DNA of 64,000 bases from an uncultured virus (IMG/VR IMGVR_UViG_3300009509_000003) (taxonomy: Duplodnaviria > Heunggongvirae > Uroviricota > Caudoviricetes): the IMG/VR virus record IMGVR_UViG_3300009509_000003. One strand, given 5' to 3'. The translations under genes were made by a program, and so were the position numbers. Positions within the stretch are counted from its first letter, which is position 1. Each line of letters begins with the position of its first letter. Of the stretch, positions 8,529-17,674 are shown one piece after another. A model generated the notes under the pieces. The model had not been told where the DNA came from and made no database searches. It worked only from the letters and a program-made list of their open reading frames with translations.

Positions 8529-8987
8529 CTACAGCTCCAACTTCTTGACGAGCGCCATGATGGCGTCATTGTTGAGCCACAGCCCACCATGGCGACGCGA
8601 CACGTGTATGTTGTCGCAGGGGTCGCCGTCCTCATCCACAACCGGCACACCGAGCCCGAGGAAAGCTTGGAGGTCTCGAGCGATGGCGTCGATTCGGGCG
8701 CGCTCCTTGGCAGCCTCATCCCGCTCCGCGCGCATCTCATCGGTGATGTAGCGCCAGCGGGCGTGGGCGTAGCCGGCGTTCTCGATGCGCCCTTGCGCTC
8801 GGAGGCGTTTGAGAGCGGAGCGAATGTTGGATTCGCTGTAAGGATAGTCGCAGTACGACTTTCCGTGCACGCGCTTGTTCGCGTAGTACCGAATGTACTT
8901 CACGGCGCCGTGGTGGTTGTCCTCGATAATGGACTCGAGAACGTGCTGATCCATGGTCGACTGTTCGTCTCTAGATAATTGCGCCAT
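8529..8987 (-). CDS. hypothetical, winged-helix-like protein
   Basis: SESNIRSALKRLRAQGRIE...ARWRY; first gene after promoter. Confidence 0.55.
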   Translation of the reverse strand: MAQLSRDEQSTMDQHVLESIIEDNHHGAVKYIRYYANKRVHGKSYCDYPYSESNIRSALKRLRAQGRIENAGYAHARWRYITDEMRAERDEAAKERARIDAIARDLQAFLGLGVPVVDEDGDPCDNIHVSRRHGGLWLNNDAIMALVKKLEL

Positions 8988-8997
8988 CGTCTCTCCT

Positions 8998-9064
8998 TCG
9001 GGGAAGCATCCCCGACCCATACAATGAGCATGACACGGCTTTGATCCGTTGTCAATCGCAAACG
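8998..9064 (-). promoter_or_regulatory. repeated early-type promoter plus leader hairpin
   Basis: CGTTTGCGA-TTGACA-N17-CATGCT, then TCGGGGA-TGCT-TCCCCGA; near-identical at 13.4 and 27.0 kb. Confidence 0.85.
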
Positions 9065-9107
9065 TTGAGGGTCGTGCATTTTTGTGGGTCTATGTAGGTG
9101 TGTGTCG

Positions 9108-9476
9108 CTATTTCCAGGGGCGTGGGAGCACTACGACAGGGTCTGCTTCGGCCGGCGTCCAGTAAGGGACTGGTGGGCACTCGTCCGGGATTTCGATGAC
9201 TCGCCTGACCGCGCTCGAGAGCGCATGGACGGGGCCGCCCTCACCATCGTAGCGCTCGACCAGAAATCTCCCTAGGAAGGGCAGGTGCTGGACCACGACG
9301 TAGAGGTTCGCCAGCGTCGACTCGGAGCCGTGACCCTTCAGCGGACGCTTGCACTCGAACACGATCCCTTCCGGGAGGATGAACTCTTGCCCCGCCTCGA
9401 GAGCCGCGTTTGCTTGAGCGAGGATGACCGACTTCAAGTAGGTCTTCCCGGCGTAGGTGGCGTAGGGACTAGACAT
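9108..9476 (-). CDS. hypothetical protein
   Basis: start MSSPYAT overlapping the amidase stop. Confidence 0.5.
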   Translation of the reverse strand: MSSPYATYAGKTYLKSVILAQANAALEAGQEFILPEGIVFECKRPLKGHGSESTLANLYVVVQHLPFLGRFLVERYDGEGGPVHALSSAVRRVIEIPDECPPVPYWTPAEADPVVVLPRPWK

Positions 9477-10281
9477 CGCGCGGTCTGGTGACCCACAAAC
9501 CGATCGCGTTCCCCGCCGAATGCAGATTGGGGTGCTCGATAATCGCGTTCGATGTCCAAGGTCCGGGCACTCCGTCCGGAAGAATGCCGAGCATCTCCTG
9601 ACGCTGCATCCACACCTCTTTGTCCTCATCGTGGGCAAAGTTGAAGGACTCGTAGCCGGCCTCGATGAGCATCTCCATGATCTCGTTCCCAGGATCGCCC
9701 TCGCCACGGTTGTTCGACACGTCGCGGTGTCCGAAAACTCCCACCATGTCCAAGCCGTGCTTCAGCCCGCGCTTCAGAGCCTGCCTTCCATAGGGCCAAT
9801 GCAGCTGCCGTTGGATCGAGAAGGTCTTGGTGAGGAAGTCCACGAGCTTCACCACGACATGGAGTTGCTCACGGTACAGCTCCGCTTTCGAGCCCTGATA
9901 GATCTCGATTCCGATGGTGGTGTTGTTCACGCTGCCGGCATGGAGAGTCGCGTGCATCTGAAGATCGGCAAGGCAGCAGATCGATCCGTCGTGGTCTACA
10001 ACGAGGTGGGCTCCTGCCTTCCGGTTGTCCATCGACCACATCTGAGCCATGCGCTCGTCTCGTTTGGTGTTGGGGCCAAAACCGGGACGAATGTCCTGGG
10101 GACGGCGGTCTCGGCCTCCAGGCACGCCGCGGGTTGTATGCAGTATCACCCCTCTTACCCATGTATCGGGTCGAGTTCGGTAATCCTCTTTAGCGAGTTT
10201 GAGCTTTTTATCATCATTCCAGTTTCTGATGTCTAGTCCGTCGACTGGAACTTCCTCGCCTCGAATAATTAGACCTGGCAT
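9469..10281 (-). CDS. N-acetylmuramoyl-L-alanine amidase (Amidase_2), putative endolysin
   Basis: VILHTT, AHLVVD, HAGSVN..IGIEI, GHRD...DPG; C-terminal PG-binding-like DGVPGPWT. Confidence 0.85.
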   Translation of the reverse strand: MPGLIIRGEEVPVDGLDIRNWNDDKKLKLAKEDYRTRPDTWVRGVILHTTRGVPGGRDRRPQDIRPGFGPNTKRDERMAQMWSMDNRKAGAHLVVDHDGSICCLADLQMHATLHAGSVNNTTIGIEIYQGSKAELYREQLHVVVKLVDFLTKTFSIQRQLHWPYGRQALKRGLKHGLDMVGVFGHRDVSNNRGEGDPGNEIMEMLIEAGYESFNFAHDEDKEVWMQRQEMLGILPDGVPGPWTSNAIIEHPNLHSAGNAIGLWVTRPRDV

Positions 10282-10397
10282 GTTGCCGTCCTTTCTAACC
10301 GGATCGCATCCAACAAACGAAGCAGTGGCGCATACCGTTACTCCATACAAACCAATCACTGAACTTGTGTTTGCAGATCGGGCAGACGTTGAGCATT

Positions 10398-10622
10398 TCA
10401 ATCTTCCAAGCGTCCGCACAGCGGGCACGTTTCTGGTCGAATTTGAGGGAGGGCTCGGGAGTCGTCGATGCCGAGAAGAGCCCCTCTTACCCTATCTAGC
10501 AAACCATCGCGCTCTTTTTGGAGGCGTCTATTCACTTCCAAAGCGCTCTCGTACAGCTCTTTGTAACGATCACGCTCATGTCGAAGTTCATCCAGGTTTA
10601 TCCAGCTCACCGACCACTCCAA
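10398..10622 (-). CDS. small coiled-coil protein with C-terminal CxxC
   Basis: heptad-like pattern, CPLCG; start uncertain. Confidence 0.45.
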   Translation of the reverse strand: MEWSVSWINLDELRHERDRYKELYESALEVNRRLQKERDGLLDRVRGALLGIDDSRALPQIRPETCPLCGRLED

Positions 10623-10668
10623 AAAAGTGCCTGCCCGGGCGGTGATGAGAGTGTAAACCCGGGCAGGC
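10621..10668 (-). terminator. intrinsic terminator
   Basis: 11-bp stem GCCTGCCCGGG/CCCGGGCAGGC, 18-nt loop, then ACTTTTTT. Confidence 0.7.
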
Positions 10669-10706
10669 TAAACCAATGGGCTCGTGGGCGACCGTCGCCC
10701 GACGAG
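10621..10706 (-). ncRNA. candidate small RNA or leader RNA (two hairpins)
   Basis: lies between a TTGACA promoter and a terminator; no ORF; 5' hairpin GGGCGA/TCGCCC. Confidence 0.4.
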
Positions 10707-10709
10707 ATG

Positions 10710-10738
10710 ACCCTAATATAGAGATTTCACCTTGTCAA
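10710..10738 (-). promoter_or_regulatory. sigma70-type promoter
   Basis: TTGACA-N17-TAGGGT overlapping the holin stop. Confidence 0.55.
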
Positions 10739-11265
10739 GAGCTAACATCGTCCGGGACGATTCCAATATCGCTGGGAACGATCCCGTCCGGCTTGGCTCG
10801 CTCTTGCTGCAGCTTCGACTCGATGAGCTTCTTCAGCTCGCCCTCAGCAATTCCAGGCAGCCCAGACGAGTCGAGCTGATTCTGGATGAAGTCGACGGCG
10901 GATTGCAGCTTATCTGCCGACTCGGTCTTCACCTTGTCCGCGCGAAGGGCTTTGCGCGCCTGCTCTTCGGCGAACGCAACGCCCGCCGCCACCATGTTGT
11001 CAGTGAGCCGAATCGCCGCCTCTTGTTTCTCAGCGTCCCACTTTCGGCCGAGTTTTCGTACCAGCCAGGTTCCGAGCACGCCGAGAATCATCGTCACGAT
11101 CGGAGCCGAGAGCTGAACCAAGAAATCGAGAAGCACCATCCACCACTCTTGAGCCTGATCAGCCACCGACAGGTTGACATCGACCGGCGGACAGGGTTGA
11201 CCGAGCGCCAGCGCTGGGAGCGTGAACACGACGGCGAATGCCGTCAACACGAAGACCTTTCGCAT
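10735..11265 (-). CDS. putative holin (LL-H-like) with signal-peptide-like N-terminus
   Basis: TM segment, then AGVAFAEEQ...KLQSAVDFI...LIESKL; close to amidase. Confidence 0.6.
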   Translation of the reverse strand: MRKVFVLTAFAVVFTLPALALGQPCPPVDVNLSVADQAQEWWMVLLDFLVQLSAPIVTMILGVLGTWLVRKLGRKWDAEKQEAAIRLTDNMVAAGVAFAEEQARKALRADKVKTESADKLQSAVDFIQNQLDSSGLPGIAEGELKKLIESKLQQERAKPDGIVPSDIGIVPDDVSS

Positions 11266-11297
11266 GATCCCTCCTTACGGAGGGGAGTGTATCAGAA

Positions 11298-11744
11298 CTA
11301 CGCCCAGCCGTCTTTCCCGTGGGCGAGCTTTCTCGACTCTATGCCGTTGGGGTGATGGATGTTGAAGTGGACCTCGGAGAGGATGTTGTAGTTGTCGCGC
11401 ACGAAGCCTAGGTCTTTCGCCTCTTTGGGCAAGTGACACCACAGGCAGTGAGGATCATAGTCCTCCACGTGGTCGTGATCGTCGAGAGTCATGTTGACCC
11501 ACGTTCCGGGCTTCTCCCCGCAGGTATCGCACCGCACGGAGGCGGAAATGGGAGCGTGCCTGCTTCGCTCGTCGCTGCACACCCAATTGCACTGCCCGCA
11601 GTGGCAGGGCTCGAGGTCCATGAGTTCCTCGTAGCAACTACAGCCACCTTCGGACGCGTGGTATCGGCTACCGCACACGTCGCATGTTCGGTAGTACATT
11701 CCCCAGTCGTCGGGGAGCCCCGGGTCTCCTCTGAATCCTCTCAT
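11298..11744 (-). CDS. Cys/His-rich protein
   Basis: several CxxC pairs. Confidence 0.55.
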   Translation of the reverse strand: MRGFRGDPGLPDDWGMYYRTCDVCGSRYHASEGGCSCYEELMDLEPCHCGQCNWVCSDERSRHAPISASVRCDTCGEKPGTWVNMTLDDHDHVEDYDPHCLWCHLPKEAKDLGFVRDNYNILSEVHFNIHHPNGIESRKLAHGKDGWA

Positions 11745-12367
11745 GAAGCTTTCCGTCCTTTCTTCCCCCGTCGTCGCTTCGGCTTCGGCGGGTCCATCAC
11801 GATCGCAGCTCGCTCGTCTTCTTCGAGCCACTCCTCCCATCCACGATCGGAGTAGTGCGTGTTCATCTCCTCATCGGTCCTAGGGTCGTCCAGATAGCCT
11901 CGAGAACGCGCCCAGAAGGCCAGATAGCCTTGGCCCTTGTCTCGGACCTTGGTTCGCTCTACGCGCTGTTTGAGCCACCTCTCCGCGCCGTTCATGACAC
12001 TCCACACCTTCATGTACAGATCGTGCCGCGCGTAGCCCTCTTCTCCCGGCAGCGCCTTGTCGACGGCGGACTTGAAGTTCGAGTAGTCGATCATCTCGGC
12101 GAGACGGGTTGCGAGGTGAACCCAGTCTTTGTGAGGCACGACGATTCTGTACGGGTAGTCGTGACCCGGAAGAGCCAAGATTTCGGGTGCCTTATAGTGC
12201 GGAGTCGGTGGCACCGCGTCCATGTGCAACTCGACGAGCCGCTCCAAGTCATCGCGCACGCGGGCACGCACCATGATGTGCCCGGTCTGCTGCTTTTTCG
12301 GCAGCTCCCGGTAGCTCTTGTTCGTCAGCGTCGCGCTGAAGAATCCGATCGTCGTGAACAACCACAT
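11741..12367 (-). CDS. hypothetical phage protein
   Basis: MWLFTTIGFFS...VRARV...DYPYR...IDYSNFK. Confidence 0.65.
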   Translation of the reverse strand: MWLFTTIGFFSATLTNKSYRELPKKQQTGHIMVRARVRDDLERLVELHMDAVPPTPHYKAPEILALPGHDYPYRIVVPHKDWVHLATRLAEMIDYSNFKSAVDKALPGEEGYARHDLYMKVWSVMNGAERWLKQRVERTKVRDKGQGYLAFWARSRGYLDDPRTDEEMNTHYSDRGWEEWLEEDERAAIVMDPPKPKRRRGKKGRKAS

Positions 12368-12368
12368 G

Positions 12369-12599
12369 TTAGTCCTCCAATCCGAGAATCATCTTTCGAT
12401 CCGCCGCCGCGTTGGCTGCGTGCTCGATGTTCGCTTCAAGAGCCGCGGGTATCTCGAGGTCGTTGGGCCCGATAACTCCCACGCTCTCGAGGTCGTTTAG
12501 CGCGTCGGCGATCATGGAACTGGCCTTCTCCAACTGATCGAGCGCTTCCTCTATCAGTGTCAACTCGCGGACCATCATAGCTTTCTTGACTTGCCCCAT
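12369..12599 (-). CDS. hypothetical helical protein
   Basis: start MGQVKK, TGATG coupling. Confidence 0.5.
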   Translation of the reverse strand: MGQVKKAMMVRELTLIEEALDQLEKASSMIADALNDLESVGVIGPNDLEIPAALEANIEHAANAAADRKMILGLED

Positions 12600-13015
12600 C
12601 AGACCGCTCCCCGCGCTGTTACATAGATCATGCAGAATGCCTCTGCTTTCGGTTCGACAGTCGAGATGACCGTGGCCTTGCGGTAGCTCCGCGCAACCCT
12701 CGCCGCCGTCCCCTCGCCCAGCCACGCGTCGATGACCTTCTCGTGGTTCATGATGAGGCGGTACGAGAGGCGCCCGCCCTTCTGCAGCTCCCGGCTAGTG
12801 GGCAGGTGGTCCGTGGCGTCCTCGACCAGCGTCAGCTCGGTCGTGGCCCACTTGCGGCTGTTCAAGCCGTCCGAGTAGTACCCTCCGCGTATCCACCACA
12901 GCTCGCGTTTTCCGTTGACGGCGAGGACCACTCGATCGGCGGACCAGTCCACGCCTTGCCAATGTCGCGGGCGTATCTTCAAACTTTCCATCTCACCTCT
13001 CCTGTACGTTGCCAC
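12599..13015 (-). CDS. hypothetical protein
   Basis: ORF; start may instead be MESLK behind AGGAGAGG. Confidence 0.55.
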   Translation of the reverse strand: MATYRRGEMESLKIRPRHWQGVDWSADRVVLAVNGKRELWWIRGGYYSDGLNSRKWATTELTLVEDATDHLPTSRELQKGGRLSYRLIMNHEKVIDAWLGEGTAARVARSYRKATVISTVEPKAEAFCMIYVTARGAV

Positions 13016-13336
13016 CTACCACTGCGCTTCGCCGTAGTCCGGCAGCTCGTCCAGCTTCGATTGCAGCTCCGGGTCGTCGCGGTCCAGCTCTAATGCGGCC
13101 TTGACGAACCGCTTCGCCGCCGCCACCGCCCCGCGCCCGAAGCTCGGGTAGTTGCGGACCTCGAAAATCCGATGCCACTTGTCGAAGCTCATCACGACTT
13201 CCACTTCGTGAAGCTCACCGTACAAGTAGCTCTTGTACATGTACCCCACACGCTCGTCGCTACCCTCTTCGAAGTAGTCCAGGCGCATGTCGCGCCCCTG
13301 ATACGGGGCCTTTACTATGGTGATCTTTCCGCTCAT
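13016..13336 (-). CDS. hypothetical protein
   Basis: first gene after repeated promoter. Confidence 0.6.
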   Translation of the reverse strand: MSGKITIVKAPYQGRDMRLDYFEEGSDERVGYMYKSYLYGELHEVEVVMSFDKWHRIFEVRNYPSFGRGAVAAAKRFVKAALELDRDDPELQSKLDELPDYGEAQW

Positions 13337-13346
13337 CTCTCATCCT

Positions 13347-13413
13347 TCGCGGTAGCAACCGCGACCCATATCCTAAGCATGGCACGGCTTTGATCCGTTG
13401 TCAATCGCAAACG
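13347..13413 (-). promoter_or_regulatory. repeated early-type promoter plus leader hairpin
   Basis: CGTTTGCGA-TTGACA-N17-CATGCT; hairpin TCGCGGT-TGCT-ACCGCGA. Confidence 0.85.
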
Positions 13414-13427
13414 TGAGAAAATCGCGA

Positions 13428-14333
13428 TTATTTTCTAATCGGACGGAATCGTTGCTTTTTTGGGAGCGATCTCGAGGTCTCTACGCTCACGCCTTCTTCT
13501 TCGACGCTCTCGAGCACTCTCCCCAGCATCCGGTGGGTGTCTCGCAGCTGCCCAACCAACTTGGCGACGGCTTGCTGCTCGGCCTTCCGGACTAGGCGCC
13601 GCACGTCCTCGACAGAGGGCGCCCCGTCGTCGGCGTACCCGAAAACTCCGTATTCGCCGGCTAGCCGACCCAGCTCTTCGAGAGGTGCTTTGAGCTGGGA
13701 GTACCGCTCGCCCATCTTCCGATGCAGCTGGCGAACTCGAGCCCAGTTGTCATCAACCATCTCTTGCTTCGCCTCTACGGCCTTCGTGACTTTGGCGTCG
13801 ATGTCGGCTTGAGTGACGATCTCACCCTCGAATGTATAGTGCCGGGTCTTGTAGATGACCATGTTCTGGGACATGGCTCGAATAGCGCTCAGAGCGAGGT
13901 GCTCGGGCAGGTCGCCGATGTCTCGGTGCATGGCGGCTTTGCGGCGAATGAGTTTTCCCCCGTCTTGGGTGGCGACGAGCAGCCCCCACCCTTCCGGAAT
14001 TTCGTCTGGTTTCACAATGCCGGGTACGACGACGAAATAGCACTGGTGAAAGTGCTTCTCGAGCCACTTGCGCTTGTCGGGGGTATCGATCTCTCGCATG
14101 AAGTCGGCGCGTGTGCGCTTGATCTCGAAGGCGAGGCGGTGGTTACCGGTGCTCGGCCAGCAGTTGAAAGCCACGGCGTCAGCTCGTCGACCTGTGTGCC
14201 AGCTCCCCACTCCGCCGCTGAACTCTAGAAGAAACGCCCATTCTGGCGGCTCATATCTCGAGGCGAGTAGGTCTTCGAGCAGGAAAACTACTCCGCCACC
14301 TCCACCCATCGTCCGTCCCTGTACGCTTTCCAC
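13428..14333 (-). CDS. MmcB-like PD-(D/E)xK nuclease-fold protein with coiled-coil tail
   Basis: RRADAVAFNCWPS...AFEIKRTRADFMRE...PDK...YFVV...EIPEGWGL; start uncertain. Confidence 0.7.
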   Translation of the reverse strand: MESVQGRTMGGGGGVVFLLEDLLASRYEPPEWAFLLEFSGGVGSWHTGRRADAVAFNCWPSTGNHRLAFEIKRTRADFMREIDTPDKRKWLEKHFHQCYFVVVPGIVKPDEIPEGWGLLVATQDGGKLIRRKAAMHRDIGDLPEHLALSAIRAMSQNMVIYKTRHYTFEGEIVTQADIDAKVTKAVEAKQEMVDDNWARVRQLHRKMGERYSQLKAPLEELGRLAGEYGVFGYADDGAPSVEDVRRLVRKAEQQAVAKLVGQLRDTHRMLGRVLESVEEEGVSVETSRSLPKKQRFRPIRK

Positions 14334-14515
14334 GGCCTGGTGCGGTACTGGCGCATCAGCACAGCCACTTCTCTATCGACCTTGCTCGATCCTTCCACCT
14401 TGTCTCGGTCCGAGCACTTCATCGAGCAGAATAGGTGATCGGGCTCATACACCCTTCGACCACATACCGGGCAACGTTTGACGCCCTGCTTCCCGATATT
14501 CAGCCGCTCCTGCAT
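14288..14515 (-). CDS. YacG/FCS-type zinc finger protein
   Basis: CPVCG...FCSMKCSDRD. Confidence 0.55.
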   Translation of the reverse strand: MQERLNIGKQGVKRCPVCGRRVYEPDHLFCSMKCSDRDKVEGSSKVDREVAVLMRQYRTRPWKAYRDGRWVEVAE

Positions 14516-14525
14516 AGCTCCTCCC

Positions 14526-14816
14526 CTAAAACACGTATTCGGTTTGCGCGATCATTCCCTTCGACCTGGGGTTGCGATACCAAACTCTGTCGATGCGATA
14601 TCGCCCTCTCACGCTAATACCGGCGTCTCCGATCCGCATCGCGGTGAGAGGTCCGACGAATGACACCTCTTTATAGGTGCCATCCGTCTCGTCAAAGATA
14701 GCGCTCATATCCATCTTGCGGTCGAGAACTTCGGGGTCGATCTCCCACGTCTCTGGCAATCCCAGTATTCGAGCCCAGTCGTTCGGCGTCGGCCCTATCA
14801 TCAGTTGATCTCCCAA
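14526..14816 (-). CDS. hypothetical protein
   Basis: ORF within operon. Confidence 0.5.
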   Translation of the reverse strand: MGDQLMIGPTPNDWARILGLPETWEIDPEVLDRKMDMSAIFDETDGTYKEVSFVGPLTAMRIGDAGISVRGRYRIDRVWYRNPRSKGMIAQTEYVF

Positions 14817-15097
14817 GGGTGAGGTGGAGGCCCCGGACGAACCAGCATGTACCCTGGCGGAGGTTCGTAAGTGACTTGAGGCTCGTAGGGGCAGTGCCCG
14901 TGGTGGGAGCAGTTTTCACAGTCTGGCACGTCTTCGTCCTCGCAACTTCCCTCGAACCTCCATCGAGCCGCGATCTCGTCGAGCACGCTCATGATGTGTG
15001 GACGAAGGAGCCTGTAGGCAACGGCCATGTAGGCCCTGCCCAAAAAATGGTAAGCCCGGCTCGATCTTTCAGTCACTGCACTGCTCCTTACTTGCAT
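14801..15097 (-). CDS. hypothetical protein
   Basis: ORF with CxxCxxxxxC. Confidence 0.45.
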   Translation of the reverse strand: MQVRSSAVTERSSRAYHFLGRAYMAVAYRLLRPHIMSVLDEIAARWRFEGSCEDEDVPDCENCSHHGHCPYEPQVTYEPPPGYMLVRPGPPPHPWEIN

Positions 15098-15270
15098 CAG
15101 TCGGTTCAGTGATGAGGTTCATCACCCACTGCCTCGCCTGCTCGTGATCTTCCTCGGTCATTCCCTCTGTGAGGATATTCCGCAGTAGTCCCGGATCGTC
15201 ATCGGGCTCTTGCAGCGTCTTCATCCACGGTTCCCACGACATCGTTCCCCTCCCGTGTGAAAACTCTATG

Positions 15271-15486
15271 CTAACCCAGACCAGACCCTAAAGGCGAGGT
15301 GTTGTTGACCAGCCCTTTCAGCGCCATGTGCCCCATCACCTTTTTCTCGGCTCCGCATCTTCGACACTTCAGGCTGAAGGTTGGGTTCTTCTCGGGCCCG
15401 TACATCTGATTGATCAAGGTATCGACGATCTTCCAATCGTGCGCGCAGTGCTTGTTCCCCGGATCACTTGTTCCGCTCATCTTCAC
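15271..15486 (-). CDS. small Zn-ribbon protein
   Basis: CAHDW...KCRRCG. Confidence 0.55.
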   Translation of the reverse strand: MKMSGTSDPGNKHCAHDWKIVDTLINQMYGPEKNPTFSLKCRRCGAEKKVMGHMALKGLVNNTSPLGSGLG

Positions 15487-15922
15487 ACCTCTTGGCAGTC
15501 AACGCGTCGATGAACACGTCGAGATGCCCGTCCATCACGTCTTTCACCCCGCGCACTGATACACCTACGCGGTGGTCCGTCACTTCATCTCGAGGGTAAT
15601 GGTACGTCCGCACCTTCTCACCTCTCGAGCCGGTTGGGCCAGTTGCGTGCTCAGCGGCCTCAACCCCTCGACGAGCCAGCTCCAACTTGAGCCACGTCTG
15701 GAACTTCTTGCTAGCGATCAGGCGACGAAACGCCACGGCGCGGTTCCGCTCCTGTGTCCGGTGGGTCTGACACGAGGTCTTAGCTCCGGACGCTGGGTGC
15801 GCTACGTACACTTTCGTGTCCCTCTTATTGACGTTCTGGCCGCCCGGTCCAGAGGAGCGCGCCGTGGTGACCACGAAATCTCCGTTCGCCTTTGACAGCG
15901 TTAACAGAACCTCTCTGCTCAT
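15464..15922 (-). CDS. truncated class I release factor-like peptidyl-tRNA hydrolase (GGQ domain plus RF1-like C-terminus)
   Basis: RSSGPGGQNVNK; QTHRTQERNR; EKVRTYHYPRDEVTDHRVG...VMDGHLDVFIDAL. Confidence 0.85.
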   Translation of the reverse strand: MSREVLLTLSKANGDFVVTTARSSGPGGQNVNKRDTKVYVAHPASGAKTSCQTHRTQERNRAVAFRRLIASKKFQTWLKLELARRGVEAAEHATGPTGSRGEKVRTYHYPRDEVTDHRVGVSVRGVKDVMDGHLDVFIDALTAKRCEDERNK

Positions 15923-16374
15923 CGGGCCACCTTCCACTTGAACCACTCCATCGTCTTCACAACGGCCGGTGAAGCTGCTCTACCAGTCGATCTATACAGA
16001 TCGCGCAGCTCTTCCAGCGCGAGCCGAGCTTCTGCGAGCGTTGGTTTTGGAGGAGGCTTAGGGAGATTTCTCCCAGGTGATGAGGATCGAATCCACACCG
16101 TCGCCAACGCATTGTGCTGCGTGCTACGTTGTCTTCCCGAATCCTCTACCAGCAACATGTCAACAAGGTCTTTTCGCCGAGCGCTCACTGTTTGATGAGG
16201 CAGGCCCGTAGTCTGCTCGAGATCATCATCGGTGCAGCCGTAATGACCGGAGGCGATTATCGCGTCCAGCACAATGCGTCGCAGCCGGCTCAGTTTAGGA
16301 ACGACCGCTACTGCAGCCGCCTTACTCGTGCTCGACCCTTTGACGTAGGGAGCGCCTACGTATGCCATCACCAC
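15919..16374 (-). CDS. winged HTH DNA-binding protein
   Basis: GCTDDDLEQTTGLPHQTVSARRKDLV...EDSGRQR...ATVW. Confidence 0.7.
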   Translation of the reverse strand: MVMAYVGAPYVKGSSTSKAAAVAVVPKLSRLRRIVLDAIIASGHYGCTDDDLEQTTGLPHQTVSARRKDLVDMLLVEDSGRQRSTQHNALATVWIRSSSPGRNLPKPPPKPTLAEARLALEELRDLYRSTGRAASPAVVKTMEWFKWKVAR

Positions 16375-16655
16375 ACTCCGCGGCCCAGCCGGTACTCACT
16401 GTCTATCAACGATTGCGCCGGCCGAGCCTGTATCCATCCAGCCATGATGAGGCGGAGCGTTACAAAGAAGAAGCGTAGGCGACTCCATCGAAGAAACCCT
16501 CGAAGCGCCTTCTCGTGCGTCCATACCCCATCTGCCAATGCGTCCAACAATTGCCGATCAGTCGCCCCTAATCGACTCCACGGAACCAGAGCTTTCCGGA
16601 CCGCCGCCGGGTCTCGCTCTTCGTCCCAATCGAACACGTCCTTCATCCAGCTCAT
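16368..16655 (-). CDS. hypothetical protein
   Basis: start MSWMKD, TGATG coupling. Confidence 0.45.
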   Translation of the reverse strand: MSWMKDVFDWDEERDPAAVRKALVPWSRLGATDRQLLDALADGVWTHEKALRGFLRWSRLRFFFVTLRLIMAGWIQARPAQSLIDSEYRLGRGVW

Positions 16656-17293
16656 CAGCTCTTCTCTGCTGCAATAATCGCCTTCGCAATGTTTGGCGTC
16701 GTGATCTCCCACTGCCAGCCCGTTGGTTTCTTCTTGCCTTTCACGAGCACCTGAACCGCACCCTTCGCGAACATAATGTCGAAGGCTTTGACGAGACTCT
16801 TCTGCAGCACGGTCTTGACCATCTCGTCCGGGAACATCTCTTTCAGCACCCACTCAGGATCGAGAACTATTGCGTACTCGTTAGTGAGGAGCGATTTCAC
16901 AATCTCCCGGAGAACGGTCGCCCTCGCCTTGTAGGACTTGATGGAAGGGTCTTGAGGGTCGATGACGGCCAGGTTCACGGTCGGGTGTTGAGACGACAGT
17001 GACAGCTTCGAGACGCCGGGGTAGCTCGCGGGCTTCTTGAACCCCTTCGGCAGATCGTAGTAGTGGCCGGCGGCCATCTCGTTCAGGAGGGCGTAGACCT
17101 CCCACTGCGCGTAGTTGGGCCCCGTTTTTGGTCCTGGCGGCAGGCCCTTCTTCACCTCGAACAGATACTCTTCAGGAATCGCCATCCCCGCGATGAGCTT
17201 CTCCTTGAAGTACTCGAGGTGCTTTCCGAAGTTGAAGTTTGCCGGTGGCATCGTCTTGAATTCAAGAACCCCGTCAGTCTTTGGCTTTGTCAT
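16655..17293 (-). CDS. hypothetical protein
   Basis: 212 aa; TAGAAT 7 nt before ATG suggests a leaderless start. Confidence 0.6.
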   Translation of the reverse strand: MTKPKTDGVLEFKTMPPANFNFGKHLEYFKEKLIAGMAIPEEYLFEVKKGLPPGPKTGPNYAQWEVYALLNEMAAGHYYDLPKGFKKPASYPGVSKLSLSSQHPTVNLAVIDPQDPSIKSYKARATVLREIVKSLLTNEYAIVLDPEWVLKEMFPDEMVKTVLQKSLVKAFDIMFAKGAVQVLVKGKKKPTGWQWEITTPNIAKAIIAAEKS

Positions 17294-17311
17294 GGTATCG
17301 ATTCTACAGAT

Positions 17312-17674
17312 TCAGGATGCTTCGTCCAGTTGGCCGGGGCAGGTGCGCATATTGTGCCCCGTCTTTCCGCAGATCGAGCATGTCTGAGGTTGGTAGTCGT
17401 CACCACGGCGCTCGCGTATCTTTCGCATCCGCTGTGCTCGATGGCGCTCACAATAGCAAGCCACCACCGCTTCATCTCCGCATATGATGCACCGCCCCTC
17501 CTCGCGCATCCTCTGTTGCCACTCTCTTTGTCTACTAGCCACTTTCTTGACCTCGACAGTAATATTACACATTTCGAGGTCAATGGCAATCTCCCGGACA
17601 CACCACGCCCGCTGCAGCTCCTCCGAAGCCGCCCACCACTCCCGGACAAAGGGAGCGGCTATTTCACAAACCAC
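17312..17674 (-). CDS. Zn-knuckle (CCHC) protein
   Basis: CIICG...YCERH and CSICGKTGHNMRTC. Confidence 0.6.
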   Translation of the reverse strand: MVCEIAAPFVREWWAASEELQRAWCVREIAIDLEMCNITVEVKKVASRQREWQQRMREEGRCIICGDEAVVACYCERHRAQRMRKIRERRGDDYQPQTCSICGKTGHNMRTCPGQLDEAS

